Shown: one piece after another, positions 60,128 to 64,000 of the stretch | How the letters are laid out: the number at the start of each line of letters is the position of its first letter | Position numbering within the stretch: position 1 is the first letter of the stretch | Notes under the pieces: generated by a model | Seen by the model: the letters and a program-made list of their open reading frames with translations, nothing else | Told to the model about the DNA's origin: nothing | The model's database searches: none | NCBI RefSeq assembly: GCF_009914755.1 | Contig: NC_060933.1 | DNA length: 64,000 bases | From: the human T2T-CHM13v2.0 reference genome, Homo sapiens | Direction: 5' to 3' (one strand) | Program-made: the position numbers and the translations under genes

Positions 60128-60583
60128 AGAGCCTGGCACTTATTAGACAATCAAAAAATGTGTGCTCCCCCTCCCATTGCCTTCTCTGGGAGCTCACCCA
60201 GGCTCTTCAAGTCATTCCTCCATCAATATTGGTTGGGCAAGTATGCATGCTGGATACTGCGCAGGTGCTGCAGAGACCAGCATTAGCATGGGAGAGGCAC
60301 TTTCTCCTTCCTGGAGTTTACAGTCTCACTAGGACATCAGACACGGGACAGATAATTTTACAAAAACAAATTATTTAGAATTGAAGGAAAGCTATGAGGA
60401 AAAGCAACCCAGATTGTATCAGGAGCCTCTTGACTGAGTCATAGGGGATGAGGTGGCAGGGAGGTGTTCAGAAAGGTCCTCAGAGAAAGGGAACTGATGG
60501 ATGGGGGAATTTGTGTTTGTTGGAGCCATCCAGGCTGAGAGAAGACCTGGTAAGGTCTGAACAAGATGGCACAGGGTTACCTG

Positions 60584-61810
<1,227 letters not shown>

Positions 61811-62427
61811 ATATTTAATACCTGGGGATACCAAGCAAAGGCCAGTGTGGCTGGAGCCTGGGCAGGGCAGTTGCCACTCAGGCTCAGCACTCCCAGCTTA
61901 GGAATTCTGGCTCCAGCACCCCACATGGATTCATCCCAGCTTCAGCCTGGACATCCCGGGGCCAGGAATGTACTACTTCTGGGGTGACCTGGTCCATATG
62001 GGGGCTAGTTAGTGCACCCAGAATTTCAAGTGCAGCCTGCTGGCTGCTGCACCACTGCAACCAGGAAGTGGACACCCAGCCGCAAGTTCTTGATCTTAAC
62101 GGTGGTGCAGTCACTCACTCTCCTTTGCCAAGGCTCACTTTCCCATCTCTGATATTTATCCTGTGTTGTAATTACCTACTCAAATGTCTACCTCCATTAT
62201 CTTAGGAAGCATGCCTTCCTCCTCCTTCTGTCCCCAGCTCCTAGCACAGACCCTGCACACCCGAGGTGCTGCAGAGAGCACATTTGTTGAATGAATCATA
62301 AACGATACTTTGCAAATATTTACTTATTTGATCTTGGATAACTGTTACCCCCCAGTTCTATGTTTTGTTGAGCATCTACTGTGTGCTAGACACATAGACA
62401 CATTAAGTATAGAATCTCATTGATTAA

Positions 62428-64000
<1,573 letters not shown>

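Overview
Primate (almost certainly human) genomic DNA. The recognised genes place it at the CNTRL-RAB14-(GSN upstream) locus; 9q33.2 is from recall. 1-11.6 kb: the last nine coding exons and 3' UTR of CNTRL (centriolin) on +, ending ...GQNQ|EKNASAR*. 12.2-36 kb: the complete RAB14 gene on - (non-coding exon 1 in a CpG island, seven coding exons summing to 648 nt = 215 aa + stop, ~3.3 kb 3' UTR), tail-to-tail with CNTRL. 36-64 kb: no credible protein-coding exon; dense Alu, MIR, L1, LTR and hAT relics, a 7SL pseudogene, a 5S fragment, CTCF and STAT motifs, and a chain of strong + strand non-coding exon candidates. I see no wholly new biological system. Best leads: (1) a stop-free RAB14 5' UTR that splices in frame to the ATG; (2) TE-derived + strand exons that may feed GSN from the RAB14 promoter; (3) inverted Alus bracketing phase-0 CNTRL exon blocks (stop-free circRNA candidates); (4) an antisense U2 snRNA fragment in the last CNTRL intron; (5) a duplication carrying iterated inverted templated insertions; (6) an L1 3' transduction; (7) a solo LTR with tandem GAS sites. 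Exon boundaries were read by hand and phase-checked. Repeat boundaries and subfamily names are approximate and come from recalled consensus sequences.
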